Below are positions 22,414 through 35,841 of a stretch of 40,000 nt of DNA, one piece after another. The DNA is from Enterobacter sp. TMH.L2 (GTDB lineage Bacteria; Pseudomonadota; Gammaproteobacteria; Enterobacterales; Enterobacteriaceae). The first letter of the stretch is position 1; every line of letters starts with the position of its first letter. The notes below the pieces were generated by a model that was not told the DNA's origin, searched no databases, and saw only the letters and a list, made by a program, of their open reading frames with translations. The translations under genes and the position numbers were made by a program. Where the stretch lies: assembly GCA_050847315.1 (NCBI GenBank), contig CP193791.1; one strand, 5' to 3'.

Positions 22414-23229
22414 TTAATATCCAGCAGCTCTTAAATCTGCATTTTGGTTAAAGTTAGTATCCATTTGAAGGTGCAATGGAATATTTGATTTTGTATTTAC
22501 GGTATCATACACGCATCCAGAAGCAGCAATGTGTAATTCCTCTGCTTGAGAGCCAATTGCATGTTTAGCCGCAATGGTCATATCAATAATACCTTGCGGC
22601 ATGTTAGCCAGTGTGGGGACAATGGTGTCTCTAATGTTTTTCGCACGTTTCGGCTTGATTATTATTTCAAAACTATCAACATCATCAAATGCTAATGCAG
22701 TCACTCCAAGAAAATTTGTCATTTCCCTGATTGCGAAAGGAGAATTTTTCTCTAACCGAACATTAATTTTCCCCATATGAGCGAAAGCCAATGCCTGAGC
22801 TGGTGTGATTGTTTTTGAAATAGGTTCAAAGCGGAGATTGTTACCACCATTAGCATTGAAAAAATAATGATCGTAATAAGTCGCAAATGCACCAATTTTA
22901 GGTCCAAAAATAGTACTACTGAAGCCAATACATGTAGGCTTAATTATGAAGTAAGATGCAAAAGCAACTTCCTCATTCGCTTGTAATAAAGCCGAGATAT
23001 CTTGATAGCTATTATTTACACGATCGATTGTTTTTATGATGTCTGTATTATTTGTTTTGAGAAACATAAAAACATCATTTGAAATATGATGGACTGAATA
23101 ATAAGTACCATTGAGGCTGGCAGTTTGATTGTTCTGCCCAATTAGTTGCATTAGAGATGCTTTCATAGTGGCGTGCAAAGCTTGGCCATTCCGGGGGTAT
23201 AGGTCAAATTTTAAGTAATTTGTTTTCAT
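22414..23229 (-). CDS. rexA: RexA-like protein (271 aa from the ATG at 23229)
   Basis: FMFLKTNNTDIIKTIDRVNNSYQDI...AFASYFIIKPTCIGFSSTIFGP...LRFEPI...FEIIIKPKRAKNIRD aligns by eye with lambda RexA FLFTKTNDKSLVQKINRSKASVEDI...GFPSFLFVEGDTIGFARTVFGP...VQIEPL...LDIVIKPKFKRDIKK (from memory). Abuts the rexB-like start (TAATATG). Confidence 0.7.
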   Translation of the reverse strand: MKTNYLKFDLYPRNGQALHATMKASLMQLIGQNNQTASLNGTYYSVHHISNDVFMFLKTNNTDIIKTIDRVNNSYQDISALLQANEEVAFASYFIIKPTCIGFSSTIFGPKIGAFATYYDHYFFNANGGNNLRFEPISKTITPAQALAFAHMGKINVRLEKNSPFAIREMTNFLGVTALAFDDVDSFEIIIKPKRAKNIRDTIVPTLANMPQGIIDMTIAAKHAIGSQAEELHIAASGCVYDTVNTKSNIPLHLQMDTNFNQNADLRAAGY

Positions 23230-23306
23230 TCCATGCCAACTTTTAAAATGCTGTGTTAGCAGAAATTGTCGCACTCGGGGGAAAAAAAGCAACACACAAT
23301 GTGATG

Positions 23307-23339
23307 TTTTGATAACTTGTTTTGATAAAATTTTGATAA
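23307..23339. repeat. Three direct copies of TTTTGATAA (23307, 23320, 23331) between the icd terminator and the rexA-like gene
   Basis: Read directly: gTTTTGATAActtgTTTTGATAAaaTTTTGATAAc, with 13- and 11-bp periodicity. Confidence 0.85.
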
Positions 23340-23351
23340 CCGTTCGAAAGC

Positions 23352-23386
23352 TAATAATAAAAAACGGGAACCATCAGGCTCCCGTT
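23352..23386 (-). terminator. Rho-independent terminator of icd
   Basis: The minus strand reads AACGGGAGCC-TGAT-GGTTCCCGTT followed by TTTTTATTATT, ~25 nt after the icd stop. Confidence 0.75.
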
Positions 23387-23408
23387 GTCACATTACCAGC
23401 GGCGCTGA

Positions 23409-24659
23409 TTACATGTGATTAATGATAGCGTCGCCAAACTCTGAACATTTCAGCAGCTTAGCGCCATCCATCAGACGCTCAAAGTCATAAGTTACGGTCT
23501 TAGCTTCGATAGCGCCTTCCATACCTTTAACGATCAGGTCTGCCGCTTCGAACCATTCCATATGACGCAGCATCATTTCTGCGGACAGGATGATGGAGCC
23601 CGGGTTCACTTTGTCCTGGCCTGCGTACTTAGGCGCAGTACCGTGGGTCGCTTCGAACAGCGCGCAGTCGTCACCGATGTTTGCGCCCGGGGCGATACCG
23701 ATGCCGCCAACCTGTGCCGCCAGGGCATCAGAAATGTAGTCCCCGTTCAGGTTCATACAGGCGATCACGTCGTATTCTGCAGGACGCAGCAGGATCTGCT
23801 GCAGGAACGCATCGGCGATCACGTCTTTTACAACGATCTCTTTGCCGGTGTTCGGGTTCTTGATTTTCACCCACGGGCCGCCGTCGATCAGCTCGCCGCC
23901 GAACTCTTCGCGAGCCAGCTGGTAGCCCCAGTCTTTGAACGCGCCTTCGGTGAACTTCATGATGTTGCCTTTGTGCACCAGGGTCACGGAATCACGGTCG
24001 TTGGTGATCGCGTATTCGATGGCCGCACGTACCAGGCGTTTGGTGCCTTCTTCGGAGCAAGGCTTGATGCCGATCCCGCAGTGCTCAGGGAAGCGAATTT
24101 TCTTCACGCCCATTTCGTCACGCAGGAACTTGATAACTTTGTCCGCTTCAGCGCTGTCCGCTTTCCACTCGATACCCGCATAGATATCTTCGGAGTTCTC
24201 ACGGAAGATAACCATGTCGGTCAGCTCAGGCTGTTTAACCGGGCTTGGGGTACCCTGGTAGTAACGTACCGGGCGCAGGCAAACGTACAGGTCCAGCTGC
24301 TGACGCAGGGCAACGTTCAGGGAGCGAATACCGCCGCCCACTGGGGTAGTCAGTGGGCCTTTGATGGCCACGCGGTAGTCACGAATCAGGTCCAGAGTTT
24401 CTTCTGGCAGCCAGACGTCCTGGCCATAAACTTGGGTAGATTTTTCGCCGGTGTAGATTTCCATCCAGGAAATTTTCCGCTCGCCGTTGTAGGCTTTTGC
24501 CACGGCAGCATCCACCACTTTAATCATGGCAGGAGTTACGTCCACACCAATACCGTCCCCTTCAATGAACGGGATCACTGGGTTGTTAGGAACGTTGATT
24601 TTGCCATTTTGCAGGGTGATCTTTTTACCTTCCGCCGGAACGACTACTTTGCTTTCCAT
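23409..24659 (-). CDS. icd: Isocitrate dehydrogenase (NADP)
   Basis: The 416-aa product is near-identical to E. coli Icd throughout ([24 protein letters not shown]...). The C-terminus ends ...GDAIINHM versus E. coli ...GDAIIENM. Confidence 0.97.
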   Translation of the reverse strand: MESKVVVPAEGKKITLQNGKINVPNNPVIPFIEGDGIGVDVTPAMIKVVDAAVAKAYNGERKISWMEIYTGEKSTQVYGQDVWLPEETLDLIRDYRVAIKGPLTTPVGGGIRSLNVALRQQLDLYVCLRPVRYYQGTPSPVKQPELTDMVIFRENSEDIYAGIEWKADSAEADKVIKFLRDEMGVKKIRFPEHCGIGIKPCSEEGTKRLVRAAIEYAITNDRDSVTLVHKGNIMKFTEGAFKDWGYQLAREEFGGELIDGGPWVKIKNPNTGKEIVVKDVIADAFLQQILLRPAEYDVIACMNLNGDYISDALAAQVGGIGIAPGANIGDDCALFEATHGTAPKYAGQDKVNPGSIILSAEMMLRHMEWFEAADLIVKGMEGAIEAKTVTYDFERLMDGAKLLKCSEFGDAIINHM

Positions 24660-24766
24660 TCACCTCTCCTTCGAGCGCTTCTGGTTTTTTGTTAATGATT
24701 TGTAATTTGCGGGCTCATACTACTGCAATATCGGGCTCGCGCCAATCACTCATGTTTTCCGTTATA

Positions 24767-25432
24767 ATGCGTCAATCCACCCGCGCTGAAAACACTATGA
24801 ACAAAACTTCTTTTAGGAATCACCAAGTTAAACGATTCAGCAGCCCACAACCCGCCAGGCGCAAGAAGCCTGACGGTCCAAAGAAGCTGGTTATCTTCAA
24901 TAAGCCCTACGATGTGCTGCCGCAGTTCACCGACGAAGCCGGGCGCAGCACGCTAAAGGATTACATTCCTTTACAAGGCATCTATGCCGCGGGGCGTCTC
25001 GACCGCGACAGCGAAGGGCTGCTGGTGCTCACCAATGACGGGGCGCTGCAGGCCAAACTGACCCAGCCAGGTAAACGCACCGGCAAAATCTATTACGTGC
25101 AGGTGGAAGGCGAGCCAACGGAGGAAGCGCTTAACGCCCTGCGCAACGGCGTCGAGTTGAACGACGGCCCCACATTACCTGCAGGCGCCGAACTGGTTGC
25201 CGAGCCAGAATGGCTGTGGCCGCGTAACCCGCCGATTCGCGAACGTAAGGCGATCCCCACCCGTTGGCTAAAGATCACGCTTTATGAAGGCCGTAACCGC
25301 CAGGTTCGCCGCATGACGGCGCACGTGGGCTACCCTACCCTGCGCCTGATTCGCTACGCCATGGGCGACTACACGCTGGAAGGCCTGGCCAACGGCGAGT
25401 GGCGCGAAGTCCCTCCGGAGCAACCAAAATGA
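24767..25432 (+). CDS. rluE: 23S rRNA pseudouridine(2457) synthase RluE
   Basis: [25 protein letters not shown]...[17 protein letters not shown]... is collinear with E. coli RluE. The start is chosen by homology; the track ORF starts earlier. Confidence 0.93.
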   Translation: MRQSTRAENTMNKTSFRNHQVKRFSSPQPARRKKPDGPKKLVIFNKPYDVLPQFTDEAGRSTLKDYIPLQGIYAAGRLDRDSEGLLVLTNDGALQAKLTQPGKRTGKIYYVQVEGEPTEEALNALRNGVELNDGPTLPAGAELVAEPEWLWPRNPPIRERKAIPTRWLKITLYEGRNRQVRRMTAHVGYPTLRLIRYAMGDYTLEGLANGEWREVPPEQPK

Positions 25433-25758
25433 AAAAGATATTGCTGCTGAGCTTACTTATCGGCTCCGCCACCGCAGGCGCGGCAAGTTTTGACTGCGCC
25501 AAAGCCAATGCGCCAGATGAAAAAGCGATTTGTGCCCATCGGGCGCTGAATGATAAAGACGTCGAAATGGCCACCAAATATCAGTTCTTAAAAGGGCTGT
25601 TTGCCATGGGTGGCCAGGGCGCTATGCAGGATCAGCAGCAAGCGTGGCTCAAAGAGCGCCAGAGCTGCGGGTCTGACACCACATGTCTGACCGCACAGTA
25701 CAATAAACGCCTCAGCGCGCTGGATGCCATTTACGCCAAAATCGACAAACCGCTTTAA
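25429..25758 (+). CDS. DUF1311 / LprI-like periplasmic protein with signal peptide
   Basis: [26 protein letters not shown]...[11 protein letters not shown]...[15 protein letters not shown]: signal peptide plus the DUF1311 Cys pattern. ATGA overlap with the rluE stop. Confidence 0.65.
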   Translation: MKKILLLSLLIGSATAGAASFDCAKANAPDEKAICAHRALNDKDVEMATKYQFLKGLFAMGGQGAMQDQQQAWLKERQSCGSDTTCLTAQYNKRLSALDAIYAKIDKPL

Positions 25759-25771
25759 CCCAGGAGAAGCG

Positions 25772-27396
<1,625 letters not shown>

Positions 27397-27418
27397 TTAC
27401 ACACAAGGACGCAGCCTG

Positions 27419-29435
<2,017 letters not shown>

Positions 29436-29436
29436 T

Positions 29437-29467
29437 GAAAAAGGCCCTCTTCGGAGGGCTTTTTTGT
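29437..29467 (+). terminator. purB rho-independent terminator
   Basis: AAGGCCCTC-TTCG-GAGGGCTTT followed by TTTG. Confidence 0.9.
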
Positions 29468-29479
29468 TGCCTGCAGTTT

Positions 29480-29580
29480 GCCCCTCACCCCGGCCCTCTC
29501 CCCAGAGGGGCGAAGGGGAGAACAAATGACAAAGTTTATTTTGATCCCCTCTCCCTCTGGGAGAGGCTTAGGGTGAGGGC
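29480..29580. repeat. Two inverted copies of an enterobacterial REP-like GC-rich palindromic element
   Basis: GCCCCTCACCCCGGCCCTCTCCCCAGAGGGGCGAAGGGGAG (29480-29520) and, inverted, CCCCTCTCCCTCTGGGAGAGGCTTAGGGTGAGGGC (29546-29580). Confidence 0.6.
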
Positions 29581-29629
29581 CTCCAGCCGAATGGGATTGT
29601 TGACTCAGCGTTAATCTCCATAAGGGCAT

Positions 29630-29646
29630 TGTTTATACGAGGTTTA
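29630..29646 (+). promoter_or_regulatory. PhoP box upstream of phoPQ (TGTTTA-N5-GGTTTA)
   Basis: TGTTTATACGAGGTTTA matches the (T/G)GTTTA-N5-(T/G)GTTTA direct repeat known for the autoregulated phoP promoter. Lies ~60 nt upstream of the phoP ATG. Confidence 0.7.
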
Positions 29647-29707
29647 TTTCCTGTCATTAATAATTAGCGCTAAACTATCAATACTATGAATGGATTGAGG
29701 AAATACA

Positions 29708-30379
29708 ATGCGCGTACTGGTCGTGGAAGATAATGCCCTGCTGCGTCATCACCTTAAGGTGCAGCTGCGTGAAGCAGGCCACCAGGTGGATGCGGCCGAG
29801 GATGCCAAAGAGGCAGACTATTTCCTGAATGAACATACCCCGGATATCGCAATTGTTGACCTAGGCCTGCCGGATGAAGACGGCATGAGTCTGATCCGCC
29901 GCTGGCGCAGCCATGACGTAACCATTCCCATCATGGTATTAACCGCCCGTGAAGGCTGGCAGGACAAAGTTGAAGTTCTGGGCGCCGGGGCCGATGACTA
30001 CGTCACTAAACCTTTCCATCTGGAAGAAGTGGTCGCCCGCATGCAGGCGCTGATGCGCCGTAACAGCGGTCTGGCTTCGCAGGTGATTTCCCTGCCGCCG
30101 TTCCAGGTCGATTTGTCCCGCCGCGAGCTGTCGATTAACGACAACCTGATCAAGCTCACCGCGTTTGAATACACCATCATGGAAACCATCATCCGCAACG
30201 CCGGGAAGGTGGTCAGCAAAGACTCGCTGATGCTGCAGCTCTACCCGGACGCCGAGCTGCGCGAAAGCCACACTATTGACGTGCTGATGGGCCGTTTACG
30301 TAAAAAAATTCAGGCTGAATACCCGCAGGAAGTGATCACCACCGTGCGCGGGCAGGGCTACAGGTTCGATCTCCACTAA
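29708..30379 (+). CDS. phoP: Response regulator PhoP
   Basis: [20 protein letters not shown]...; 223 aa OmpR-family regulator collinear with E. coli PhoP. Confidence 0.97.
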   Translation: MRVLVVEDNALLRHHLKVQLREAGHQVDAAEDAKEADYFLNEHTPDIAIVDLGLPDEDGMSLIRRWRSHDVTIPIMVLTAREGWQDKVEVLGAGADDYVTKPFHLEEVVARMQALMRRNSGLASQVISLPPFQVDLSRRELSINDNLIKLTAFEYTIMETIIRNAGKVVSKDSLMLQLYPDAELRESHTIDVLMGRLRKKIQAEYPQEVITTVRGQGYRFDLH

Positions 30380-31849
30380 ATGCTGAAAATTTTTCGCCAT
30401 ATCCTGCCGCTGTCGCTGCGGGTTCGTTTCTTACTGGCTACCGCCGCGGTTGTGATGGTGCTGTCCCTGGCTTACGGCCTGGTGGCGCTGGTGGGCTACA
30501 GCGTTAGCTTTGATAAAACCACCTTCCGCCTGTTGCGCGGGGAAAGTAACCTGTTCTATACGCTGTCCAGCTGGAAGGACGGCAAGCTGCAGGTGGACTT
30601 GCCCGACAACATCAGTATCCAAAGCCCGACCATGGCGCTGATTTACGACGAGCACGGCAAACTGCTGTGGATGCAGCGCAACGTCCCGGACGTGGTGCAA
30701 CAGATCCAGAAAGAGTGGCTGACCGGCAACGGCTTCCACGAGCTGGAGGCCGACTACGCCACCAGTACCGCCCTGCTGGACAACGATAAAGACCGCCTGG
30801 CCCAGCTGAAAGACATGCACGATGACGAAAGCGACGACGGCTACGAGATGACCCACTCAGTGGCGGTCAACCTTTACCCGGCGACGGCGCGCATGCCGGC
30901 GCTGACCGTGGTCGTGGTGGACACCATTCCTATCGAGCTGAAGCGCTCGTACATGGTGTGGAGCTGGTTTATTTACGTCCTGCTGGCCAACCTGCTGCTG
31001 GTAGTGCCGCTGCTGTGGCTGGCCGCCTGGTGGAGCCTGCGCCCGATTCAGGAACTCGCTCAGGAAGTGCGCGAGCTGGAAAAACACGACCGCGACAGCC
31101 TCAACCCGGAAACAACTCGCGAGCTGACAAGCCTGGTGCGTAACCTTAACCAGTTGCTGCGCACCGAGCGCGATCGCCACGACAAGTACCGCACCACGCT
31201 GACGGACTTAACGCACAGCCTGAAAACGCCGCTCGCCGTGCTGCAGTCGACCCTGCGGTCGCTGCGCACAGACAAGATGAACGTCGAGCAGGCCGAACCG
31301 GTGATGCTGGAGCAGATCAGCCGCATCTCGCAGCAGATCGGCTACTACCTGCATCGCGCTAGCATGCGCGGCAACAGCGCCCTGCTTAGTCGGGAACTGC
31401 ATTCCGTTGCCCCGCTGCTGGACAACCTGTGCTCGGCGCTGAACAAGGTTTACCAGCGCAAAGGGGTGAACATCACGCTGGACGTTTCGCCGGAAATCAC
31501 CTTTATCGGCGAGCAAAATGACTTTATGGAAGTGATGGGCAACCTGCTGGATAACGCCTGCAAATACTGCCTGGAGTTTGTGGAAGTGACCGCCCGCCAG
31601 ACCGAAGATGCGCTGCACCTGATTGTGGAAGACGACGGTCCCGGTATTCCGGAAAGCAAACGTGCAATGGTCTTCGATCGCGGCCAGCGGGCCGATACGC
31701 TGAGGCCTGGCCAGGGCGTCGGGCTGTCGGTTGCCCGAGAAATTGTCGAGCAGTACAACGGCGAGATCCAGACCAGTGCCAGCATTCTGGGCGGCGCGCG
31801 CATGGAAGTGATTTTTGCCCGCCAGCAGCCGGAACAGAATGAAGGGTGA
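30380..31849 (+). CDS. phoQ: Sensor histidine kinase PhoQ
   Basis: [16 protein letters not shown]..., H-box [12 protein letters not shown] and an acidic periplasmic patch. Collinear with E. coli PhoQ. Confidence 0.97.
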   Translation: MLKIFRHILPLSLRVRFLLATAAVVMVLSLAYGLVALVGYSVSFDKTTFRLLRGESNLFYTLSSWKDGKLQVDLPDNISIQSPTMALIYDEHGKLLWMQRNVPDVVQQIQKEWLTGNGFHELEADYATSTALLDNDKDRLAQLKDMHDDESDDGYEMTHSVAVNLYPATARMPALTVVVVDTIPIELKRSYMVWSWFIYVLLANLLLVVPLLWLAAWWSLRPIQELAQEVRELEKHDRDSLNPETTRELTSLVRNLNQLLRTERDRHDKYRTTLTDLTHSLKTPLAVLQSTLRSLRTDKMNVEQAEPVMLEQISRISQQIGYYLHRASMRGNSALLSRELHSVAPLLDNLCSALNKVYQRKGVNITLDVSPEITFIGEQNDFMEVMGNLLDNACKYCLEFVEVTARQTEDALHLIVEDDGPGIPESKRAMVFDRGQRADTLRPGQGVGLSVAREIVEQYNGEIQTSASILGGARMEVIFARQQPEQNEG

Positions 31850-31922
31850 AATAGTCCCATAACCCGGCTCGCCATCCGTTATAATCCGTGTCAGGCTCCT
31901 CCATCTGCAGGAAGACAATAAT

Positions 31923-33044
31923 ATGGATTATCACCTGGATTTAAACTGGCCCGACTTTATTGCACGCTACTGGCAAAAACGCCCTGTGGTGCTGAAGCGC
32001 GGCTTTAAAAACTTCATCGACCCTATTTCACCGGATGAGCTGGCCGGTCTGGCCATGGAAAGCGAGGTGGACAGCCGCCTCGTGAGCCACCAGGGCGGCA
32101 AGTGGCAGGTCAGCCACGGCCCGTTCCAGAGCTATGATCACCTCGGCGAGAACAACTGGTCGCTGCTGGTGCAGGCCGTGAACAACTGGCATGAACCTTC
32201 CAGCGCCCTGATGCGCCCCTTCCGCGCCCTGCCCGACTGGCGCATTGATGACCTGATGATCTCCTTCTCTGTGCCAGGCGGCGGCGTAGGCCCGCACCTG
32301 GATCAGTACGACGTGTTTATTATTCAGGGCGTGGGCCGCCGCCGCTGGCGCGTGGGCGAAAAAGTCGCCATGAAACAGCACTGCCCGCACCCGGACCTGC
32401 TCCAGGTTGAGCCGTTCGACGCCATCATCGACGAAGAGATGGAGCCGGGCGACATTCTGTATATTCCGCCGGGCTTCCCGCACGAAGGCTACTCGCTGGA
32501 AAACGCGCTGAACTACTCCGTCGGCTTCCGCGCCCCAAGCGGCCGCGAGCTGATCAGCGGCTTTGCCGACTACGTGCTGCAGCGCGAGCTGGGCGGGTTA
32601 CGCTATACCGACCCGGACGTGCCCGAGCGCCAGCACCCGGCAGATATTCTGCCGCAGGAAATCGACAAGCTGCGCGAGATGATGCTGGACATCGTTAACC
32701 AGCCGGAGACCTTCCACAGCTGGTTTGGCGAGTTTATTACCCAGTCCCGCCATGAGCTGGACGTTGCGCCACCGGAGCCGCCTTATCAGCCGGATGAGAT
32801 CTACGACGCGCTGCAGCAGGGCGACAAGCTGGTGCGCCTGGGTGGCCTGCGAGTGCTCCGCGTGGCCGGAGAGGTGTACGTGAACGGCGAGAAGCTCGAC
32901 AGCCCGCACCGCCCGGCGGTGGAAGCGCTGGCCAGCCACATTAAGCTGGACGCGGAGAAGTTTGGCGATGCGCTGGAAGATCCTTCCTTCCTCGCCACGT
33001 TAGCCGCCCTGGTGAACAGCGGCTACTGGTTCTTCGAAGACTAA
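31923..33044 (+). CDS. roxA: Ribosomal protein uL16 arginine hydroxylase RoxA (YcfD), JmjC/cupin
   Basis: LNWPDFIARYWQKRPVVLKRGFKNFIDPISPDELAGLAMESEVDSRLV... 373 aa, collinear with E. coli YcfD. Confidence 0.93.
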   Translation: MDYHLDLNWPDFIARYWQKRPVVLKRGFKNFIDPISPDELAGLAMESEVDSRLVSHQGGKWQVSHGPFQSYDHLGENNWSLLVQAVNNWHEPSSALMRPFRALPDWRIDDLMISFSVPGGGVGPHLDQYDVFIIQGVGRRRWRVGEKVAMKQHCPHPDLLQVEPFDAIIDEEMEPGDILYIPPGFPHEGYSLENALNYSVGFRAPSGRELISGFADYVLQRELGGLRYTDPDVPERQHPADILPQEIDKLREMMLDIVNQPETFHSWFGEFITQSRHELDVAPPEPPYQPDEIYDALQQGDKLVRLGGLRVLRVAGEVYVNGEKLDSPHRPAVEALASHIKLDAEKFGDALEDPSFLATLAALVNSGYWFFED

Positions 33045-33052
33045 AGCCCTGC

Positions 33053-33085
33053 CCCGCCTTTGCCGTTTATCGCGGTGAAGGCGGG
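33053..33085. terminator. Hairpin between convergent roxA and the ABC ATPase gene
   Basis: CCCGCCTT-17 nt-AAGGCGGG. Weak T tracts. Confidence 0.45.
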
Positions 33086-33109
33086 ATATTCCTGCCAACG
33101 GCGTAATTG

Positions 33110-34138
33110 TCACGCCGCATCCAGCCGCCAGCCCTGCAACAGCTGCACATTCACGCTCTGCCGCACCGCCAGCGGCGCAGAATGAAACGCGCTCAGCGCC
33201 TGCCCGTCCTGCAAACGCAGCTCCAGCAGATAGCGTTCCCCCTGATAAATACAGCTTTCGACGCTGGCCACCGGCCCGCTGCCTGAGATCTGCACATGCT
33301 CCGGGCGCACCAGGACCGGCACGGTTTTATCGCGCCCCGGCTGATCCAGGCCGCCATGCAATGCCGCGAGATCCAGACTTTGTAAGCCCGGCGAAACGGC
33401 GAGGGACAGCACGCTGCCCTGGCCGATAAACCCGGCCACCCAGCTATTCTGCGGCTGCTGATAAAGCTGCTGCGGGGTGCCCCACTGCATCAGTTCGCCC
33501 TGGTACATCACCGCGATATGGCTGGCGAGTGCCATCGCCTCCGCCTGGTCGTGCGTGACGTAGACAAACGTCGCCCCCGTGCGGCGGTGAAACTCGCGAA
33601 AAGTCTGCTCCATGGTGGCGCGAAGATGGCGGTCGAGGTTCGCCAGCGGTTCATCGAGCAGAACCACTCGCGGCTCTGAGACCAGGCAACGTGCCAGCGC
33701 CACCCGCTGCCGCTGCCCGCCGCTGAGTTCCTGAGGCGAGCGCCCGAAATAGGCCCCAAGCTCCACGACTTCCAGCGCCTCCATCACACGTTTCTGCCTT
33801 GCCGCGCCGTTTACCTGGCGCAGCTTCAGCGGATAGCCAACGTTCTCGCCCACGGTCATGTGCGGCCACAGAGCGTAGGACTGAAACACCATGCCCATGT
33901 CGCGCTGTTCCGGCGGAACGTGGGTGCCGCTGTCGGCCAGCAGCTTATCACCCAGCCACAGGCGACCACCGCTCAGCGATTCCAGCCCGGCCACAATCCG
34001 CAGCGTGGTGGTTTTGCCGCAGCCACTCGGCCCCAGCAGGGCGGTAAACGCCCCGGACGGGATCGTCAGGCTGAGATCCTTCACCACGGCCTGCTCGCCA
34101 AAGAATTTGCTGAGCTTGTCCAGCCTTAGCTCTGCCAT
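33110..34138 (-). CDS. ABC transporter ATP-binding protein (Fe3+/polyamine-type importer ATPase)
   Basis: Walker A GPSGCGKTT, signature LSGGQRQRVALAR, Walker B VLLDEPL, and a C-terminal TOBE-like domain. Confidence 0.9.
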   Translation of the reverse strand: MAELRLDKLSKFFGEQAVVKDLSLTIPSGAFTALLGPSGCGKTTTLRIVAGLESLSGGRLWLGDKLLADSGTHVPPEQRDMGMVFQSYALWPHMTVGENVGYPLKLRQVNGAARQKRVMEALEVVELGAYFGRSPQELSGGQRQRVALARCLVSEPRVVLLDEPLANLDRHLRATMEQTFREFHRRTGATFVYVTHDQAEAMALASHIAVMYQGELMQWGTPQQLYQQPQNSWVAGFIGQGSVLSLAVSPGLQSLDLAALHGGLDQPGRDKTVPVLVRPEHVQISGSGPVASVESCIYQGERYLLELRLQDGQALSAFHSAPLAVRQSVNVQLLQGWRLDAA

Positions 34139-35841
34139 GGAATAACTCCTTTCGGTAAATAACGGCCCAGCGCGCCGAGTAACAGCATCACCACGGCAAC
34201 CAGCCCCACCACCAGCACGGAAATCGCCGAGGCCATCACTTTGTCGCCGCTTTCGTCGAGGTTAAACACCACCACGCCGAGAGTTTCTTTTCCCGCACTC
34301 CAGAGCAGCGCAGAGACGGTCAGTTCGTTTACCGCAGTGAGAAACACCAGCAGCGCCCCGGCAAAGGCCGCCGGGGCCAGCAGAGGCAGCACGATGTGGC
34401 GTAACCGTTGGGAGGCGTCTGCTCCTGCCAGGCTCGCGGCCTCTTCCATCGCCGGATCCAGCTGCAGCATGCTGGTGTGAACTGGCTTCAGGCAGACGGT
34501 AAGAAACCGGGCCAGGTAGGCGAAGAAGATAATCGTCAAGGTGCCGCTGAGACTGACGTTCAGCAGCGGCAGCGGGCGCGCAAACAGCAGAATGCAGGCG
34601 ATGGCCAGCACCACGCCGGGCAGCGTATAGGGAATGTCGATCAGGCTGTGCAGCCAGCGCAAAGGCCGACTGGGGCGACGCACCAGCAGCCAGGCCAGCG
34701 GCAGGCTCAGCGCCATCAGTAGCGCGGCGGCACTGACGGAGAGTAGCAGGCTGTTGCTCAGCGCCCGCCAGGTGGCGCTTTGCTCATCAAAAATGCCAGT
34801 CCATGCGGCAAACGTCAGCGTGTCGCCGTTGAGCGGCACGCCCAGGGTTGGCACCAGCGAGGTGGCGATCAGCGCCAGCAGCGGGGCCACCAGCATCCCG
34901 CCCAGCACGAGCGCGAGCAGGATCTCCACCGCCAGCCGCCCTTTCCCTGTCGCAATACTTGCCGCCCGCCCGGCCATGCCGATCAGCGGCAAAGCGTAAC
35001 GCCGCTGCATGATGCCCTGCAGCGTCACAATGGCGACGGCCAGGACGCCCATCAGCACCGAGAGCGAGGCCACCTCGTTCAGCATCGACGGGCCAAAGCT
35101 GGAGAGCGTCTGGTAGATGTACACGGGCAGCACGAAATAAGAGATGGGGATGCCGAGCATCGCCGGGATGCCGAAGTTGCCGAGGGCGGAAACAAAGGCC
35201 AGCGCCGCCCCGGCCCACAGCGCGGGTCGGCACAGCGGCAGAATAATGTCGATGAAAACTCGCCCAAGAGAAGCGCCGTTCAGCCTCGCCGCCTCAATCT
35301 GTTCCTGCGGCAAACTTTGCAGCTGGGTGCGCAGGGTCAGGAACACCAGCGGCGCGTGCTGGATGCCGAGCAGGAAGGCGATCCCCTCCGCCGAATAAAG
35401 CGGATTGGGGCTGCCAAACCCCGGCGCCAGGCCGAGGCTGTTGAGCAGCACGCTGCCGGGGCCGAAAAGCTGCAGCCAGCTCAGGGCCGTGACCTGCGGC
35501 GGGATCATCATCGGCAGCATAAAGAGAAACGCCCAGGCCTGACGGCCCCGGATGTTCATCAGGCCGAGGCAAAAGGCAAACAGGCTGCCCAGCAGGAGGG
35601 AAAGCAGCGCCCCCAGGCCGCTGGTATAGACACTATTCCATAGTGCGACCCAGGTATTCGGGTTGCTGAGCACGCGGCCCAGACTACTTTGGCCGCCCAG
35701 CCGCCAGTCCACCAACGCGGAGACCAGCAGCTGCAGGCTGGGGAGCAGGCTTAAGAGCGCAATGACGACGACAAGCAGGCGCAGCAGCCCTTTCATCAGG
35801 CTGCCGTCGTTAGGGCGGGACAATGCCGGGCTGAGCATCAA
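34126..35841 (-). CDS. ABC transporter permease, duplicated-domain FbpB/AfuB-like (571 aa)
   Basis: About 12 predicted TM helices in two repeated halves. Positioned between the SBP and ATPase genes. Confidence 0.88.
   Translation of the reverse strand: MMLSPALSRPNDGSLMKGLLRLLVVVIALLSLLPSLQLLVSALVDWRLGGQSSLGRVLSNPNTWVALWNSVYTSGLGALLSLLLGSLFAFCLGLMNIRGRQAWAFLFMLPMMIPPQVTALSWLQLFGPGSVLLNSLGLAPGFGSPNPLYSAEGIAFLLGIQHAPLVFLTLRTQLQSLPQEQIEAARLNGASLGRVFIDIILPLCRPALWAGAALAFVSALGNFGIPAMLGIPISYFVLPVYIYQTLSSFGPSMLNEVASLSVLMGVLAVAIVTLQGIMQRRYALPLIGMAGRAASIATGKGRLAVEILLALVLGGMLVAPLLALIATSLVPTLGVPLNGDTLTFAAWTGIFDEQSATWRALSNSLLLSVSAAALLMALSLPLAWLLVRRPSRPLRWLHSLIDIPYTLPGVVLAIACILLFARPLPLLNVSLSGTLTIIFFAYLARFLTVCLKPVHTSMLQLDPAMEEAASLAGADASQRLRHIVLPLLAPAAFAGALLVFLTAVNELTVSALLWSAGKETLGVVVFNLDESGDKVMASAISVLVVGLVAVVMLLLGALGRYLPKGVIPWQS

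Larger units (their letters stand above)
1..23408. mobile_element. Lambda-like prophage, int-proximal part. The left (tail) end is outside the window. The right junction is at or just inside the 3' end of icd.
   Basis: Contiguous head/packaging, cos, lysis, Q, nin-like, replication, immunity, early-left and xis-int modules in lambda order. Ends next to icd, the known e14 / phage 21 integration target. Confidence 0.9.

Noticed and set aside
23562-24695. 377-aa plus-strand ORF
   Set aside because: It is entirely antisense to the near-perfectly conserved icd gene. This is a typical GC-rich shadow ORF.
31208-31934. Minus-strand ORFs of 136-236 aa opposite phoQ, and similar ORFs opposite phoP, roxA and the ABC genes (for example 34780-35643, a 287-aa Arg/Gln-rich ORF)
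   Set aside because: All overlap strongly conserved genes on the other strand and have compositionally biased, motif-free products.
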